Below the pieces are notes generated by a model that was not told the origin of the DNA, made no database searches, and worked only from the letters and a program-made list of their open reading frames with translations. A stretch of 64,000 nucleotides of DNA from Oopsacas minuta (Eukaryota > Animalia > Porifera), in contig JAKMXF010000066.1 in the NCBI GenBank assembly GCA_024704765.1, positions 565,854 through 629,853 of the forward strand. The letters are read 5' to 3'. Shown piece by piece: positions 1 to 12,955 of the stretch. Position 1 is the first letter of the stretch. The number at the start of each line of letters is the position of its first letter. A program made the position numbers and the translations under genes.

Positions 1-317
1 AGCTATAAATTAGATGCAAATAGTAAATACATGTAGTTAAACAATGATAGCAATAGCTAGGGTTACGAACTACTTGAAATCCCTTTGTATGTAGCCCTAC
101 TCCTGCTGTATGTGTTTAATTGCATGTAATTATATACTAATAGCAAAGGCAGCTTGCTAGAACTTGCATGCGTTAAATCATTGCGATTATATTTATCAGC
201 TGCAAGCTTCTGGCTATGATCAGACTCACAATATATACAATTCATGAAAACAGAAATGTATACAGTAGCGGGTTATTTATAAAATTGAAGTTAATGTAAG
301 TAATTATCTTGAGGATA

Positions 318-821
318 TTAATCGATTGGAGTTACTCCAGCTCTTGGGCTAGTCATAACCTCATAAATACTGTCACTTTCTCTTGGTTTATTCTCTGGAT
401 CAATCTCCATTGGTAGACTTAGGATTTTCAACTCGCTAATTATTTTATCCGTGTTTTCGTATTGGTTTTCTTTTGTGAAGAGATCAGTACATGTTTCGCT
501 CTTCACGGAATCCGTAGAGCTCTTTTTGTTGTCTGTCTCCATCTTTACATACACGTTACTCACCCGTTTATACGACTTGGTGTTACAATCGTTTAATGAA
601 AGTTCATAATCGTGTTCCTCAAACCGTGAATTACATGATTCCCTGAGTTTCCCTTGCATTTGGATGAGTTTTATCACCAAGCAAATTATAATGCCAAAAC
701 ATAGCAGCGGTAAGAGACAAGCTATAACGGATATTGCACTGATTATAGCAACTGCATTCTCGATCTCCCCGTTTGCGAATCCGATCAGGCTGTATAAAAT
801 GAAGAGTTGTAATTTGCTCAT
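318..821 (-). CDS. Small single-pass membrane protein with a Tyr-motif-rich cytoplasmic tail (transmembrane-adaptor-like), 167 aa
   Basis: Intact ORF: N-terminal hydrophobic leader, second hydrophobic Cys-containing segment, then a hydrophilic tail with YVKM, YENT and YEVM. CAG lies 9 nt before the ATG. Confidence 0.6.
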   Translation of the reverse strand: MSKLQLFILYSLIGFANGEIENAVAIISAISVIACLLPLLCFGIIICLVIKLIQMQGKLRESCNSRFEEHDYELSLNDCNTKSYKRVSNVYVKMETDNKKSSTDSVKSETCTDLFTKENQYENTDKIISELKILSLPMEIDPENKPRESDSIYEVMTSPRAGVTPID

Positions 822-1361
822 GTTTTAGTGCTGTACTATTATAATAGTGATTTTACGAATTTACTACTTTTATACAAATCTAATTCAGTAGAATAATCCC
901 CTCATAATCTCTATAAGGTCATGTCATATTCTTATTTGGTGATATAATTGCATTACAAATATAGAAGTTGTATAGTCTGATTGGCTGTTTGATTATTATC
1001 ATAAATATTCAGGAAGAATTAAGATATTATCAGTACATCATTTTCATAGTTGATCGTATTTGTATGACTAAGCCAACATTTGTATAAACAGCTTGAAAGT
1101 AATTGGATATTCAATTTTCCTATCACTAACAGTATACTAGTTGTATGACTAACTAGAATGATTAATTACGTAATTAGAGACCCGAGGGATTCATACCATA
1201 TCACAGTTTGTGTTGGTATTTACGAACTGTTTATTCTGATTCATCACATCTGGAGTTCTGATACCAAATCTCTGAAGAGATATGTTTATTTAATTACTCA
1301 AGGAGTCTAGACAATTTGACGATCTTTTGTCTAATTGGTAATCAAAATCTTGGTTATATTA

Positions 1362-1366
<5 letters not shown>

Positions 1367-1453
<87 letters not shown>
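1367..1453. repeat. (AAT)n microsatellite, about 29 units
   Basis: Perfect AAT run; it produces the poly-N and poly-L ORFs in the track. Confidence 0.97.
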
Positions 1454-1454
<1 letters not shown>

Positions 1455-2520
1455 TGCTACACAACTCAAGCTCAATTTCCCATATATTGGCGTTTTGGTT
1501 AATATTGCTATATGTCATAAACAGCTGATAAACTGATATGGTTAACAACGATAATTATGTATTCACATAGCCACAGATCTTCTACAATCTCATATGCACT
1601 GGACAACTTTGGGTAGAACGATTTTAATATCAAATGGAAGACCCTTTTGTAAAGAAGAATACGTTACAGTTTGCTTCTCTCATTCATTATTCTTTCAACT
1701 TCTTTATAATAGCCTTGCTGGCAGATACCTTACTTCTCCATCGTATTCAATATGTTCTTGCACTATTAACTATTCAGAATGAATGGCTTTATCTACCATA
1801 ACATGTAGCATGAGTATATCACTCACTAGCACTAACTCAATAAATAGGATCATGCTGGAAAATATGTATTAGAACTGCGATCTCAGTTATCTTATCACTC
1901 TACTTTTGATGTAAGCTATCTTTCTTTTACACAACAAGTAAGTAATATTCTTTCTTTTTTGAATCATTTTTGCTTGTAACTTATATGTCAGGGTTAAATG
2001 GATGCCCAGGTCATGAAATTTCTCTAGACATTGTCCTTCATTCTAGAAATGTCGTATTTATATGACAGCCATTGGCTAGTTATACCTCACGAGGTGGTTA
2101 ATAACTCAATAATACCAATCTCCAATGCAATAAGTTATCCACCAGATATATTCCCTCATTTGGGATACTCTCAATCATTGGCTATCTCCCAATCTATTTC
2201 TGTATGAATCATCTAATTGTTTACATATTTCTCATGGATACTAATCTCATATCCTTACTTTCTTCCCTTGATTATACGTTATTGTATAACATAGCAGTAT
2301 AACAGTGTACAATATGTCTATAATGTGCCATTACTGGATAATTTGACCACAGGAAACCTTTAAATCAAACCATAAACCCTCATAAGAATCCATAAAACTA
2401 CGTCAATACAAAAGCTCATTGAAAGTATTTGCATATGTTTTGTTGATATTGTACGGATGCAAAAAGAATACTATATTATTATTATTATTATTTTGTACTA
2501 ATTTTATACATCAGAGAATA

Positions 2521-4524
2521 ATGACAGATATCTCAAGACATAGTTGGCTTACACCCCCACAACCTATCGCTAGGACCAAGCGTGCTCCCACGGAGAAACT
2601 CGAGGAAGTTTACAGGACATACTCAACTGGTGTAGGAGAGAATGGAGACAAATTTATGACAGAAATTGACTTTTCTTGTCAGTTTTTACAAATTCTACAT
2701 CAAGATACTCCCCATAAGACTATTGAGCTTATTTCAAACACGATAAGACACTGCGGGGCTAATTCAAGCTCTAACAAGGGTCAAATAACTCTACAAGATT
2801 TCCAAACACTAGAATCTATACTGAACTCTCCAGATGCAACATTTCGTTTAGCGTTTAACATATTTGACGTGTGTAAAACAGGTAGAATAACATACCAAGA
2901 GTTCTGCAATACGCTAACACAATTTCCTCTTTATAAGAATATTCGTGTTATGGATATACCAGATGCTAGGCTGTATTTTGGAGATAAGCTAGACAACTCA
3001 TTAGACTACACTGGATTCTGTCAACTAATTACGCAGCTGTCACGTGAACTCACCTCTCAGCTGTTTACATCAAACACACACTCAATTAAATTAAGCACAT
3101 TCCTTGCTACTTTTAGACCAATCCTCTCTCCATTCGTTCTTGCTAATCTACCACTAATATTCACAGAACAAGGTTCTACAATAAGCTACACACAAGCACA
3201 TGCGCTCACTGGACTATTCACCAATTTAGAGTTATTACAAGTAGCCGTAGAGAGTAGTTTAGATTCTCATGGTGTAGTTGGTAAAGAAGTTACCAGAGAC
3301 CAGCTGATGTCAGCTACTGAGCACTTCCCACAGATTACTCCCTTGCAGGTAGATCTATTATTCAAAATTTGTAATTTAGAGAGACAGACTGGGACAATTC
3401 GTCTCTCAGACTTCTACCAGGTGTTACCGAGGGGTCATGACCTCTACCCACAATCCAAACCCATCTCTTCTACCCAACCGGTTAATTTTGAGGTAGCAGA
3501 GGGCTTCTGGTGGGGTGTAGCTATCAACGTGTACCGCTTCTCCCTCGCTGCAGTCGGCGGGTGCGCTGGAGCTACTGCTGTATACCCGATAGACTTAGTT
3601 AAGACAAGACTCCAGAATCAACGGGGCTCTCTAGCTGGTGAGATTATGTACAAAAACAGTGTTGACTGTTTCATTAAGGTAGTCAGACATGAAGGTATAC
3701 TCGGACTTTATAGGGGGCTACTACCTCAGTTAATGGGTGTATCCCCTGAGAAAGCTATTAAACTTACAGTCAATGATATGGTTAGAAGTTTTATGGCTGA
3801 TAAGAACGGTAAGATTACACTTCCTGGAGAGATATTAGCTGGAGCTTGTGCTGGTACTAGTCAAGTGATATTCACTAATCCTATTGAGATAGTCAAGATT
3901 AGACTGCAAGTTGCTGGAGAAATGCAGACTACTGCACGTGTTGGTGCTTGGCAAATTGCCAAGGATCTGGGACTTTTGGGTCTGTATAAAGGAGCTAGAG
4001 CTTGTCTGTTAAGAGATGCTCCATTCTCTGCTATATACTTCACAACTTATGCTCATGTTAAAGCAATGCTAGCTAATGAAGATGGACATAACGAGCCGAT
4101 ATCTCTATTCGCTTCAGGGATGATAGCTGGTGTACCTGCTGCTGGACTCCTTACACCTGCTGACGTCATCAAGACACGACTACAGGTACAAGCAAGAGAA
4201 GGTCAGATGACTTATTCGGGTCTTATTGACTGTGCTAAGAAGATTTGGAAGTATGAAGGGCATAATGCATTTTGGAAAGGAGCACCTGCCAGGGTGTTCC
4301 GATCCTCTCCACAATTCGGCGTTACTCTACTCACATATGAACTTCTACAGAGATACATAAAGTTTGAAAATATAACCGGAAGAGCAATTCCTCACCATGA
4401 AGCAGCCCCGGTCTCTAGTTTAGAAAAAATACCAGATGCTCACATCGGAGGTTATCGTCTTGCTGTTACTACGTTTTCCAGACTTGAAAGCAAATTCGGA
4501 TTATATTTACCAAAGTTTAGTTGA
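2521..4524 (+). CDS. SLC25A12: Calcium-binding mitochondrial aspartate/glutamate carrier (aralar/citrin family), intronless
   Basis: EF-hand-like N-terminal half, then three carrier repeats (PIDLVKTRLQ, PIEIVKIRLQ, PADVIKTRLQ) and a C-terminal HIGGYRLAVTTF...ESKFGLYLPKF motif typical of SLC25A12/13. ATG 2521 chosen over the track's TTG 2419 because similarity starts there and an acceptor-like tract precedes it. Confidence 0.93.
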   Translation: MTDISRHSWLTPPQPIARTKRAPTEKLEEVYRTYSTGVGENGDKFMTEIDFSCQFLQILHQDTPHKTIELISNTIRHCGANSSSNKGQITLQDFQTLESILNSPDATFRLAFNIFDVCKTGRITYQEFCNTLTQFPLYKNIRVMDIPDARLYFGDKLDNSLDYTGFCQLITQLSRELTSQLFTSNTHSIKLSTFLATFRPILSPFVLANLPLIFTEQGSTISYTQAHALTGLFTNLELLQVAVESSLDSHGVVGKEVTRDQLMSATEHFPQITPLQVDLLFKICNLERQTGTIRLSDFYQVLPRGHDLYPQSKPISSTQPVNFEVAEGFWWGVAINVYRFSLAAVGGCAGATAVYPIDLVKTRLQNQRGSLAGEIMYKNSVDCFIKVVRHEGILGLYRGLLPQLMGVSPEKAIKLTVNDMVRSFMADKNGKITLPGEILAGACAGTSQVIFTNPIEIVKIRLQVAGEMQTTARVGAWQIAKDLGLLGLYKGARACLLRDAPFSAIYFTTYAHVKAMLANEDGHNEPISLFASGMIAGVPAAGLLTPADVIKTRLQVQAREGQMTYSGLIDCAKKIWKYEGHNAFWKGAPARVFRSSPQFGVTLLTYELLQRYIKFENITGRAIPHHEAAPVSSLEKIPDAHIGGYRLAVTTFSRLESKFGLYLPKFS

Positions 4525-4767
4525 TTCTTGTATCATTATTCCTATCAAATTCAGTCATTCAATGTTATTTAATTATTTGATATGCTAATTATTATCACTA
4601 TCCAGTAGAGACACCGGTTAATCTGACCCATAGCCGCAACTGGGGTCATTTTGGGTAACCACGTGTCCAAACAGATTTGACTCCACCCATGATAAATGTA
4701 TGGAAATTGTGAAATTATTCTAAAAGTATGTTTGTATTTGTATCTAATGTAATGTAATAATATTACA

Positions 4768-6186
4768 CTATTCATAGTTACTAATACCAAACTCTGTAAA
4801 CAAGGGTTTAACATTGTTAATTACAGTTTTTACGGTTTTTCTAAGTTCTAATGTATAGAAATAGTAATCATACTTCTTCTCATCTTCTATAATGTGATTT
4901 CGTTTGAATGTGTCTTTCTTTGTATTGAAAACACAATCAAGTTTCTCTTCAGTGTAGGGAACTTGTAGAAATGTGAGTATACGTTTCATTTGGTTGAGTA
5001 GATCTGACTCCAAATCTTCGTATCTTTAAGAATAAAGTTAATAACGATGGACCCTCGTTATTGTCGATAGTTTTATTACCAATGACTTATCAGCATACTT
5101 ACTAACCCATTTCACAACTTTCCCGGTTTCAAAATTGTCTCCTAGATAAGACTTGAAATCTCGGGAGGGTTGGCTAGTATGTATCTAATGTTTTCACTTA
5201 CCTAACCACGAGTACTGGTATATCATGCTTCAGCCATGTTCTCAATGTTGTTTCCCACAACTCTGCCAATGCGGTCACTAACTTACTCCAGTTAGTGTAA
5301 TTCCTTATTTTATCCCTAACAGCTATGTCTGTATGGTTATGAGTCCATCTTCTATTTGTTTCTGCAACAATAGCATCATGGGGGTTGCGTATAAGAAATA
5401 ATACAGAATCGTATTCTCTTTTAGAATTCTTCATAGACCTGCTATTATGTGCATGTGTCTTTATTGCTAGTACAGATGTTGATGATATACCTTCCCCTTT
5501 AAAATTATACAATCAACTCCGTTATATCTGACACGGATATATCAAAATACCCGCTTATATCGGAGTAATTATCACGGTGCTCAAGCTTCAATATCACAGA
5601 AGTTAACTGTATATCAAAAAGTCTATATATGGAATTATGAAATAATAATTTTGTAATATATTTTGCCTTACCAAGAAACCCTGCTCTCTTGAGACCCTTA
5701 TCACAATATATAGCTCCAGTATATATACCAGTAGCTTCTTCTATAATCTGTCTCATCCATGTGTTTCCTGATCCAGGAAAACTTATCAAAGCTGTTATAT
5801 TATTTGATTTGTTGGCAGGAAGAAACATCATGTGAGGAGAACAAATTCTTTCCCAAGGAATTAGTTTGGAGTCTTTGAAGTGTGGAGTGCATCTTTTGAA
5901 AATATTTCTAAAATATTTCTATAAAAAATTTGCATATTTTTTGTTTATTTATTTATTACATGTCAATTTCTGATAAATTTCTTATCACTTCATCTATATT
6001 TACCCGGGTCGATACCTTGATTTTTCTATCACGTAGATATATTTCTTCTTTGAATCGTATTGTTTCCGATGGACTATTAAGCAGAAAGGACGAATATATG
6101 AAAATTATTGTGAGAATCAAGATGACGCAGAAAATTAGAATTTTCTGATATCCAATTCCTCTTCCAGGCTTTAGTTTATTCAGCAT
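4768..6186 (-). CDS. WSCD-family type II membrane sulfotransferase-like protein, about 4 exons
   Basis: Exons read TM anchor; [30 protein letters not shown]; LAIKTH...[12 protein letters not shown]; RYEDLES. GT-AG junctions join ORFs 5956-6216, 5505-5831, 5198-5512 and 4768-5013. No WSC domain seen. Confidence 0.8.
5510..5609. mobile_element. MITE family A copy (Tc1/mariner-pogo-like, TA-flanked), intronic
   Basis: TA|CAATCAACTCCGTTATATC...AGTTAACTG|TA; shares an internal AATTATCACGGT motif with other copies. Confidence 0.7.
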
Positions 6187-6440
6187 TCTTGGGCTAATAA
6201 TATATATTATCCTCATTTCAAAAACATATAATTTCTGTTAATATCCTTTTTAGTCTGACTTTGACGGAATTGTGAATACATCCAACAGAAATCATTAAAT
6301 TACATTCACTAAGCATTATAGGTTTCTTTATTAAATCTAGGCTATGATTAAGTTGCTTGTATTTGATTGAAATCGTATTTGGTATAATTGTCCGTCTAAG
6401 TATTCATAAATTTCAGTAATAAAACCTAAGCTCTACAGAT

Positions 6441-9400
6441 ATGTCAGATAATAGTGAGTACGAACCTGACAGCAATGATGATCCTTCCTCAGAGGATCAA
6501 GTTAGTTCACCTATGCAACAATCTGATACAAATATTGAGAGTTCATCTGTTCACAAAGAAATGGGAATGATAAATGTTTTTGGAGATACCGAACTATCTG
6601 AATCTGAATCAGATGATAGTCAATTAGAAGGAGGCAGTAGTTATTCTGATGATGAAGATACCAATGATCCAGAATGGTTGCCATTAGAGAATAAGAAAGA
6701 GGACAAGGTTGCATCAAAGCATTCTAAAATAGATTCTGAGTTCGAAAGGTTTCGTAAGATGGAGTTTGAGTTATTTCAAGAGCAATCATGTGTACCTTCT
6801 CCAGTAGATGATTATGATACCATAATCAATGAATCACATCCATGGTCTGAAGATGCAAACGATTCCGATATAGATGAAGACCTAGGTGCTGGAGAGATAG
6901 CAGAACAAGCAGCAATTTTTTTCAGTCAACTACATCAAACTACAAAATCTCAAAGAAAAATTCTAAAAGGATTTGAAGGAAACTTTATTAATCGAAAAGC
7001 TCAAAGATTGCCTACACATCTAGAGCCTGTTATGGGTAGTGCAAATATAGCAATAGCTAAGAAGAAATACACTGATGCTATAGATCTATGTAATGAGGTT
7101 ATACGACAAGCCCCGTGCTGTTCAGCTCCATACATCAATTTAGCATTGATTTATAAGGAATTAGAGGATATGGATAGATACTTCCAATTCACTCTATTAG
7201 CTCTACATATTAACTCGTTTGATAGATCTTATCCTAGGCCAGAGGATGCTGATAGTTGGGAACAGCTGGGTCTAATCGCGAAATCGCGAGGAGACCTTTC
7301 AATGGCAAATGAATGCATTAAGAAAAGCCTCTATGCTGTACCGAAACGACCAGAAGCTATGTGGCTACTCGCGGAGATCAGATTAGAGCTGAAGGATTAC
7401 AGACAAGCACTAGCTATATACAGTAAGCTAGAGAAAATTGTACTGGATACAGCTACACCACTTGAATTAAGTGAGATAGCTAGACGTAAGGCTTTGATAC
7501 TCTACGAGAGCGGTAATATAGTAGCAGCAAGGGAGATTATTTATCAACGTTTCTGTAGAGGTTGGGAAATGCAGGATATTATCGAGCTATTTAATTTACT
7601 ATTAGAACTACATTTTATTGAGAAAGAGTATACGATTGCTTTCAAGACTGCTGTGATTCTCTTCTGTATGCCTAAACATAGTAAATCAGTACAGGAAAGT
7701 GTTGTTGTTGACGAGTTTGATCAACAAGATGATAATATTGTCACCTCAGAAGAACAACAGAGTAAGAAGCAAGAGAGCAAGCTACAACTTTTCTATAAAG
7801 AATTCTGGAGTGATATACCGCCTGAGATTGATACTGAAGGAGGATTTCTCGTTGTAATAGAAGATAACCAGACTTTAATCCCAATTGATAGTTTCACTAC
7901 ACTACCACTTGATTTAAGAGCTAAATTAATTATGCCTAGCGTGTATACTAATAATCTAGAGCTAGCTTATCATTTGATTACTCACGCATTAAGAAGTTTA
8001 CCCATTACAGAGTATGGTGATATTTGGTTGGATGTAAGTGAGGCTTTGCTTGAGTCACGACAATTCGATCTCTCTGTAGATTTGCTGCGTACTGTCCTGG
8101 AGTGTGAGATGTATAATTTACCAGGAGTATGGCTAATGCTAGCAAGGTCTATTGAAGAAGTTAGCTATCAAAATGAATTAGGGGGCGACTGGGACAATAA
8201 ACCTATACTTGATGAGGCTATAGGATGGTATAGAAAAGTTATTGATACTATCCCAGATAATGTAGAGAGTAGGTTGAGATTAGCTGGAGTGTATGAGAAG
8301 AAAGGAATGAGAGAAGAAGCGATTGGTCTGCTGGAGAGAAGTCAAGATGGAACGGATAATTTTCTATCAACAAAAGACTGTATTAACCTTAAGCAACCAC
8401 CTGATGTACGTGTGGTTTATAAAAGAACTCTCTTGCATTTAGAAAATGGACAAAGAGAACAGTGCTTGGAGGGATTTCTAATTCTCCTTGACTACTTCTT
8501 CCGAGAAGTATATTTACTGAAAAGTTTCCAACTCATGGTGATTCCTTTCCTAAATGTTGGAAGTCGTCAGTTTCAGAACTACGGTAAAACAGAAGTAATA
8601 TACTCCCGTTATCAGCCAGAAGAGGAACAACAAGACAAACATCTCACGCTAGCCCAGTGGTATGGGGTATTAAAAAACACATGCAAAATGTTGTGTGAAG
8701 TAGGCAAGCGTGATGAATTGTTCAGATTAATAATTGCAGTTAATATACTAAAGAAATTCCATGAAACTGAGTATGTATTGGATGTACAGATGTTATCAGT
8801 GAGTGTTTGTATCAGACAAAGATCTTTCTATTATGCCTATAGATTTGCTCGGCCATTAATGCAATTGATTGGTAAATCTAATGTATTCGCAATGCTTTTC
8901 AATTGTCTAACCGAGAATAATTATTTAGCCAGGAATATGTCTTTGAAGGTTATTAGAAGGATTTGGTTCGATGACCCTTCGAATTACAGAGTAGCGTTAA
9001 ACTTTGCATTAATTCTTCATTCGATCGGATCCTTCCACCTCAGCTTGCTTCTACTACACACTGCGTATAAGCTTAACCCAGAAAATGCTCGATTGCTATT
9101 CTTCATGGGAATGGCTTATATTAGACTGGCACATAACAGATCCTATACACACAAAAATGCATTTATTTCGCAAGCATTTGCACTGATATTCAAATACAAA
9201 GAGAAGATGGGAGATTGTGCAGAAGTATTATATAATGTGGGTAGAGCTTTTCACGCGATAGGCTACAAGCTTTGGGCTTGTGATTACTACCACAAGGTAA
9301 TAGCATTAGATAACACAGGTAATGTTAAACAATATTATGGTGATAAAATGGCTGAATTGAGTAGTTTGAGAAGAGAAGCTGCATTTAACCTATCTCTTGT

Positions 9401-9464
9401 TTATGAGGAAAGTGGTTCGAGAGAGCTAGCTAGGGTTATGCTACAAACATACTGTGTGATATAG
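6441..9464 (+). CDS. GTF3C3: General transcription factor IIIC subunit 3 (TFIIIC102/Tfc4), TPR protein, intronless, 1007 aa
   Basis: Acidic N-terminus; LPTHLEPVMGSANIAIAKKKYTDAIDLCNEVIRQAP; C-terminal LRREAAFNLSLVY...LQTYCVI matches the GTF3C3 pattern. Confidence 0.9.
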   Translation: MSDNSEYEPDSNDDPSSEDQVSSPMQQSDTNIESSSVHKEMGMINVFGDTELSESESDDSQLEGGSSYSDDEDTNDPEWLPLENKKEDKVASKHSKIDSEFERFRKMEFELFQEQSCVPSPVDDYDTIINESHPWSEDANDSDIDEDLGAGEIAEQAAIFFSQLHQTTKSQRKILKGFEGNFINRKAQRLPTHLEPVMGSANIAIAKKKYTDAIDLCNEVIRQAPCCSAPYINLALIYKELEDMDRYFQFTLLALHINSFDRSYPRPEDADSWEQLGLIAKSRGDLSMANECIKKSLYAVPKRPEAMWLLAEIRLELKDYRQALAIYSKLEKIVLDTATPLELSEIARRKALILYESGNIVAAREIIYQRFCRGWEMQDIIELFNLLLELHFIEKEYTIAFKTAVILFCMPKHSKSVQESVVVDEFDQQDDNIVTSEEQQSKKQESKLQLFYKEFWSDIPPEIDTEGGFLVVIEDNQTLIPIDSFTTLPLDLRAKLIMPSVYTNNLELAYHLITHALRSLPITEYGDIWLDVSEALLESRQFDLSVDLLRTVLECEMYNLPGVWLMLARSIEEVSYQNELGGDWDNKPILDEAIGWYRKVIDTIPDNVESRLRLAGVYEKKGMREEAIGLLERSQDGTDNFLSTKDCINLKQPPDVRVVYKRTLLHLENGQREQCLEGFLILLDYFFREVYLLKSFQLMVIPFLNVGSRQFQNYGKTEVIYSRYQPEEEQQDKHLTLAQWYGVLKNTCKMLCEVGKRDELFRLIIAVNILKKFHETEYVLDVQMLSVSVCIRQRSFYYAYRFARPLMQLIGKSNVFAMLFNCLTENNYLARNMSLKVIRRIWFDDPSNYRVALNFALILHSIGSFHLSLLLLHTAYKLNPENARLLFFMGMAYIRLAHNRSYTHKNAFISQAFALIFKYKEKMGDCAEVLYNVGRAFHAIGYKLWACDYYHKVIALDNTGNVKQYYGDKMAELSSLRREAAFNLSLVYEESGSRELARVMLQTYCVI

Positions 9465-9769
9465 ACAGTGCATATACTTCACTTTATAATACAAAATTTA
9501 TTGTTGTTATTTTGAATAGACAAATATTTTCTCTTTTGTGCTATAATGATTGCTCGAGTTTTCATGCCTTGTTTGTTTTTGGGAATTAATCATACATTAG
9601 AACTCTGATAAGACTTACCCCTGGGGAAACAATTGAATCGGAAGTAACTTCTAAATCATTATAGGTATAGGAGAATATCAAATATCTTATGTTTATTACG
9701 AGAAATATAATCTATGAAAATTTATATATAAATTAGAGATAATTTTATTTGATAAAATAGGAATAAAAA

Positions 9770-11117
9770 ATGGATTCAAATCTAATAGAACTGATATCTA
9801 ATACTTTATTAGGTTTGTTGTAATAACAAAATTTACTCTCTAATATACCTCAGATGTTAACTGCTGAATTGTAAATATTAATACAAATTACACTCAGATA
9901 AAATACATTTTTTCCATTAACTTAAAATATTAATTGACTTTCTTTCATTATTTAGAAGGAGTAAAATTCATTGAGAGTATCGGGAAACACTTACCAACAA
10001 ACATAATAAAGGAAAAGAACTCAATAACAAAATCTTTCCAAAAGCTTATAAAGTTAATAAACGATTCAAAGAGCTGTAAGGCAGTATCATGTAAGAATGA
10101 ATGTATTGAAGAGGATAAGAAGACACAATCTGAGTTAGTTTATAGAAATTAATGATTTTTACAGATTTTCCTTACCATTTTAAACATTTTTGCGAAGGGG
10201 TTGCAATTCAGTAATTTTTATAGGATGATAAGGTTTGAATTTTGCTCATCTCTGATGCTTCATCCCGTTCTCATTCTTCTAGAATTGATAATCGTAAGCC
10301 AATCAAAATTCCTGAAAATCAATCAGGTCATGACTATCTAGCTATTCAGCAAAATGATAATTTTACTCCATCACCTGACAAACCCTCTATTCAACTAGAA
10401 GTATTAGTTAACACAGAGAATAAAGGAATGTATTACTGTCTAATAGACAACGGAAATCTCCTCTTAAACAGGAAATTAGATACACAAAACTCTGAGTATG
10501 TAATCCCACTTGAGTTGTACTCATTCAGAGCAGTGAAAGATTTCAAAATCAAATTCACACATAACGATTTGGTAATTGTACTACTTTTCAATTCTAAGAT
10601 TGACTGTGATGTTTGGCTAGAATACTTACTTAACGCTAAACAGTCTATATACTCTTACGCATCAGTTCATGCATCTTATACAAATAATGAAAAGAAAATA
10701 CAGATAGAAAATCCCTCATTACCCCCCAGAGCTGCTCCCAAACTGCTCAGCAAAATTTTCAAATCAATCCCTTTTAATTCTTCAGAACCAGATTTTGTGG
10801 ATATCTCATCTCTAAATGTAGAAAAGAGTAAACAGGTATTTACACGACGTTTGGAGACTGAAGAGGCCAGATATGTTGTAACAACCCCTCCACCCCCTCC
10901 TAGAGTAACTAATTCAGAAAATAATGCTGATACAAATTCGGCATGGCGAAAACCATTGCTTCTAAAACATGTAAAGTCTCTTCCTAACTGCAAAGTAATT
11001 AATCTACGACAACTTGACAATTCTGTCGCGATATCTCAAAGAGCTGACGATAATCTATCCTACAATAATAAAGCTATTACAAAGTTTAGTCTCAAGAATC
11101 AATCTAAGTTTGATTGA
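9770..11117 (+). CDS. PH-domain adaptor family, copy 1 (3 exons): N-terminal helical motif, PH-like domain, Pro-rich tail
   Basis: Spliced model MDSNLIELISNTLL|EGVKFIESIGKHL...KTQSE|IDNRK with in-frame GT-AG joins; PH-like segment ending CDVWLEYLLNAK. Confidence 0.65.
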
Positions 11118-11553
11118 ATTTTTAATACAGTATTGTCCCTCTAGTAATATTTATATTGTGTAGTAAGGATGTATATTTGTATATTTAATAATATTTATGT
11201 TGTTTTCTGTTCTATTGACTTCATTAGATCTTTTTTTCCAGTTTATCAGTCTCTTCAAATCCCTTTCAATGATTTTAGCTAAATTGGCGTAGGTATTTAT
11301 TATGTTTACTGTCAATACATGGGATGTGAGTAATATTCTGTAAAGATTAATAGCTAACACAAATGAATAATTTAAGTTTAAAACATTGAATATATTTTTC
11401 TGTACAAAATATATCATAGAATTCTAAGTAACTTCTAAATCATTATAGGTATAGGAGAATATCAAATATCTTATGTTTATTACGAGAAATATAATCTAAG
11501 AAAATTTATATATAAATTAGAGATAATTTTATTTGATAAAATAGGAATAAAAA

Positions 11554-12955
11554 ATGGATTCAAATCTAATAGAACTGATATCTAATACTTTATTAGGTTT
11601 GTTGTAATAACAAAATTTACTCTCTAATATACCTCAGATGTTAACTGCTGAATTGTAAATATTAATACAAATTACACTCAGATAAAATGCATTTTTTCCA
11701 TTAACTTAAAATATTAATTGACTTTCTTTCATTATTTAGAAGGAGTAAAATTCATTGAGAGTATCGGGAAACACTTACCAACAAACATAATAAAGGAAAA
11801 GAACTCAATAACAAAATCTTTCCAAAAGCTTATAAAGTTAATAAACGATTCAAAGAGCTGTAAGGCAGTATCATGTAAGAATGAATGTATTGAAGAGGAT
11901 AAGAAGACACAATCTGAGTTAGTTTATAGAAATTAATGATTTTTACAGATTTTCCTTACCATTTTAAACATTTTTGCGAAGGGGTTGCAATTCAGTAATT
12001 TTTATAGGATGATAAGGTTTGAATTTTGCTCATCTCTGATGCTTCATCCCGTTCTCATTCTTCTAGAATTGATAATCGTAAGCCAACCAATATTCCTGAA
12101 AATCAATCAGGTCATGACTATCTAGCTATTCAGCAAAATGATAATTTTACTCCATCACCTGACAAACCCTCTATTCAACTAGAAGTATTAGTTAACACAG
12201 AGAATAAAGGAATGTATTACTGTCTAATAGACAACGGAAATCTCCTCTTAAACAGGAAATTAGATACACAAAACTCTGAGTATGTAATCCCACTTGAGTT
12301 GTACTCATTCAGAGCAGTGAAAGATTTCAAAATCAAATTCACACATAACGATTTGGTAATTGTACTACTTTTCAATTCTAAGATTGACTGTGATGTTTGG
12401 CTAGAATACTTACTTAACGCTAAACAGTCTATATACTCTTACGCATCAGTTCATGCATCTTATACAAATAATGAAAAGAAAATACAGATAGAAAATCCCT
12501 CATTACCCTCCAGAGCTGCTCCCAAACTGCTCAGCAAAATGTTCAATTCAATTCATCGTGATCATCCCACTTTCGCTAAATCACACAGTGTAGAGAATGT
12601 ATCGATCCCTTTTAATTCTTCAAAACCAGATTTTGTGGATATCTCAGCTCTAAATGTAGAAAAGAGTAAACAGGTATTTACACGACGTTTGGAGATTGAA
12701 AAGGCCAGAAATGTTGTAAGAAGCCCTCTACCCACTCCTAGAGTAACTAATTCAGAAAATAATGCTGATACAAATTCGGCAAGGCGAAAACCATTGCCTC
12801 TAAAACATGTAAAGTCTCTTCCTAACAGCAAAGTAATTCATCTACTACAACTTGACAATTCTGTCGCGATATCTCAAAGAGCTGACGATAATCTATACTA
12901 CAATAATAAAGCTATTACAAAGTTTAGTCTCAAGAATCAATCTAAATTTGATTGA
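11554..12955 (+). CDS. PH-domain adaptor family, copy 2 (3 exons)
   Basis: Near-identical to copy 1, with an extra 18 aa after the PH-like domain. Confidence 0.65.

Noticed and set aside
1316-1548. Poly-Asn and poly-Leu ORFs on both strands
   Set aside because: They are translations of the (AAT)n microsatellite.
1000-2400. Possible unannotated exons between the TM-adaptor gene and SLC25A12
   Set aside because: Only short open stretches; I could not build a consistent spliced model or find homology.
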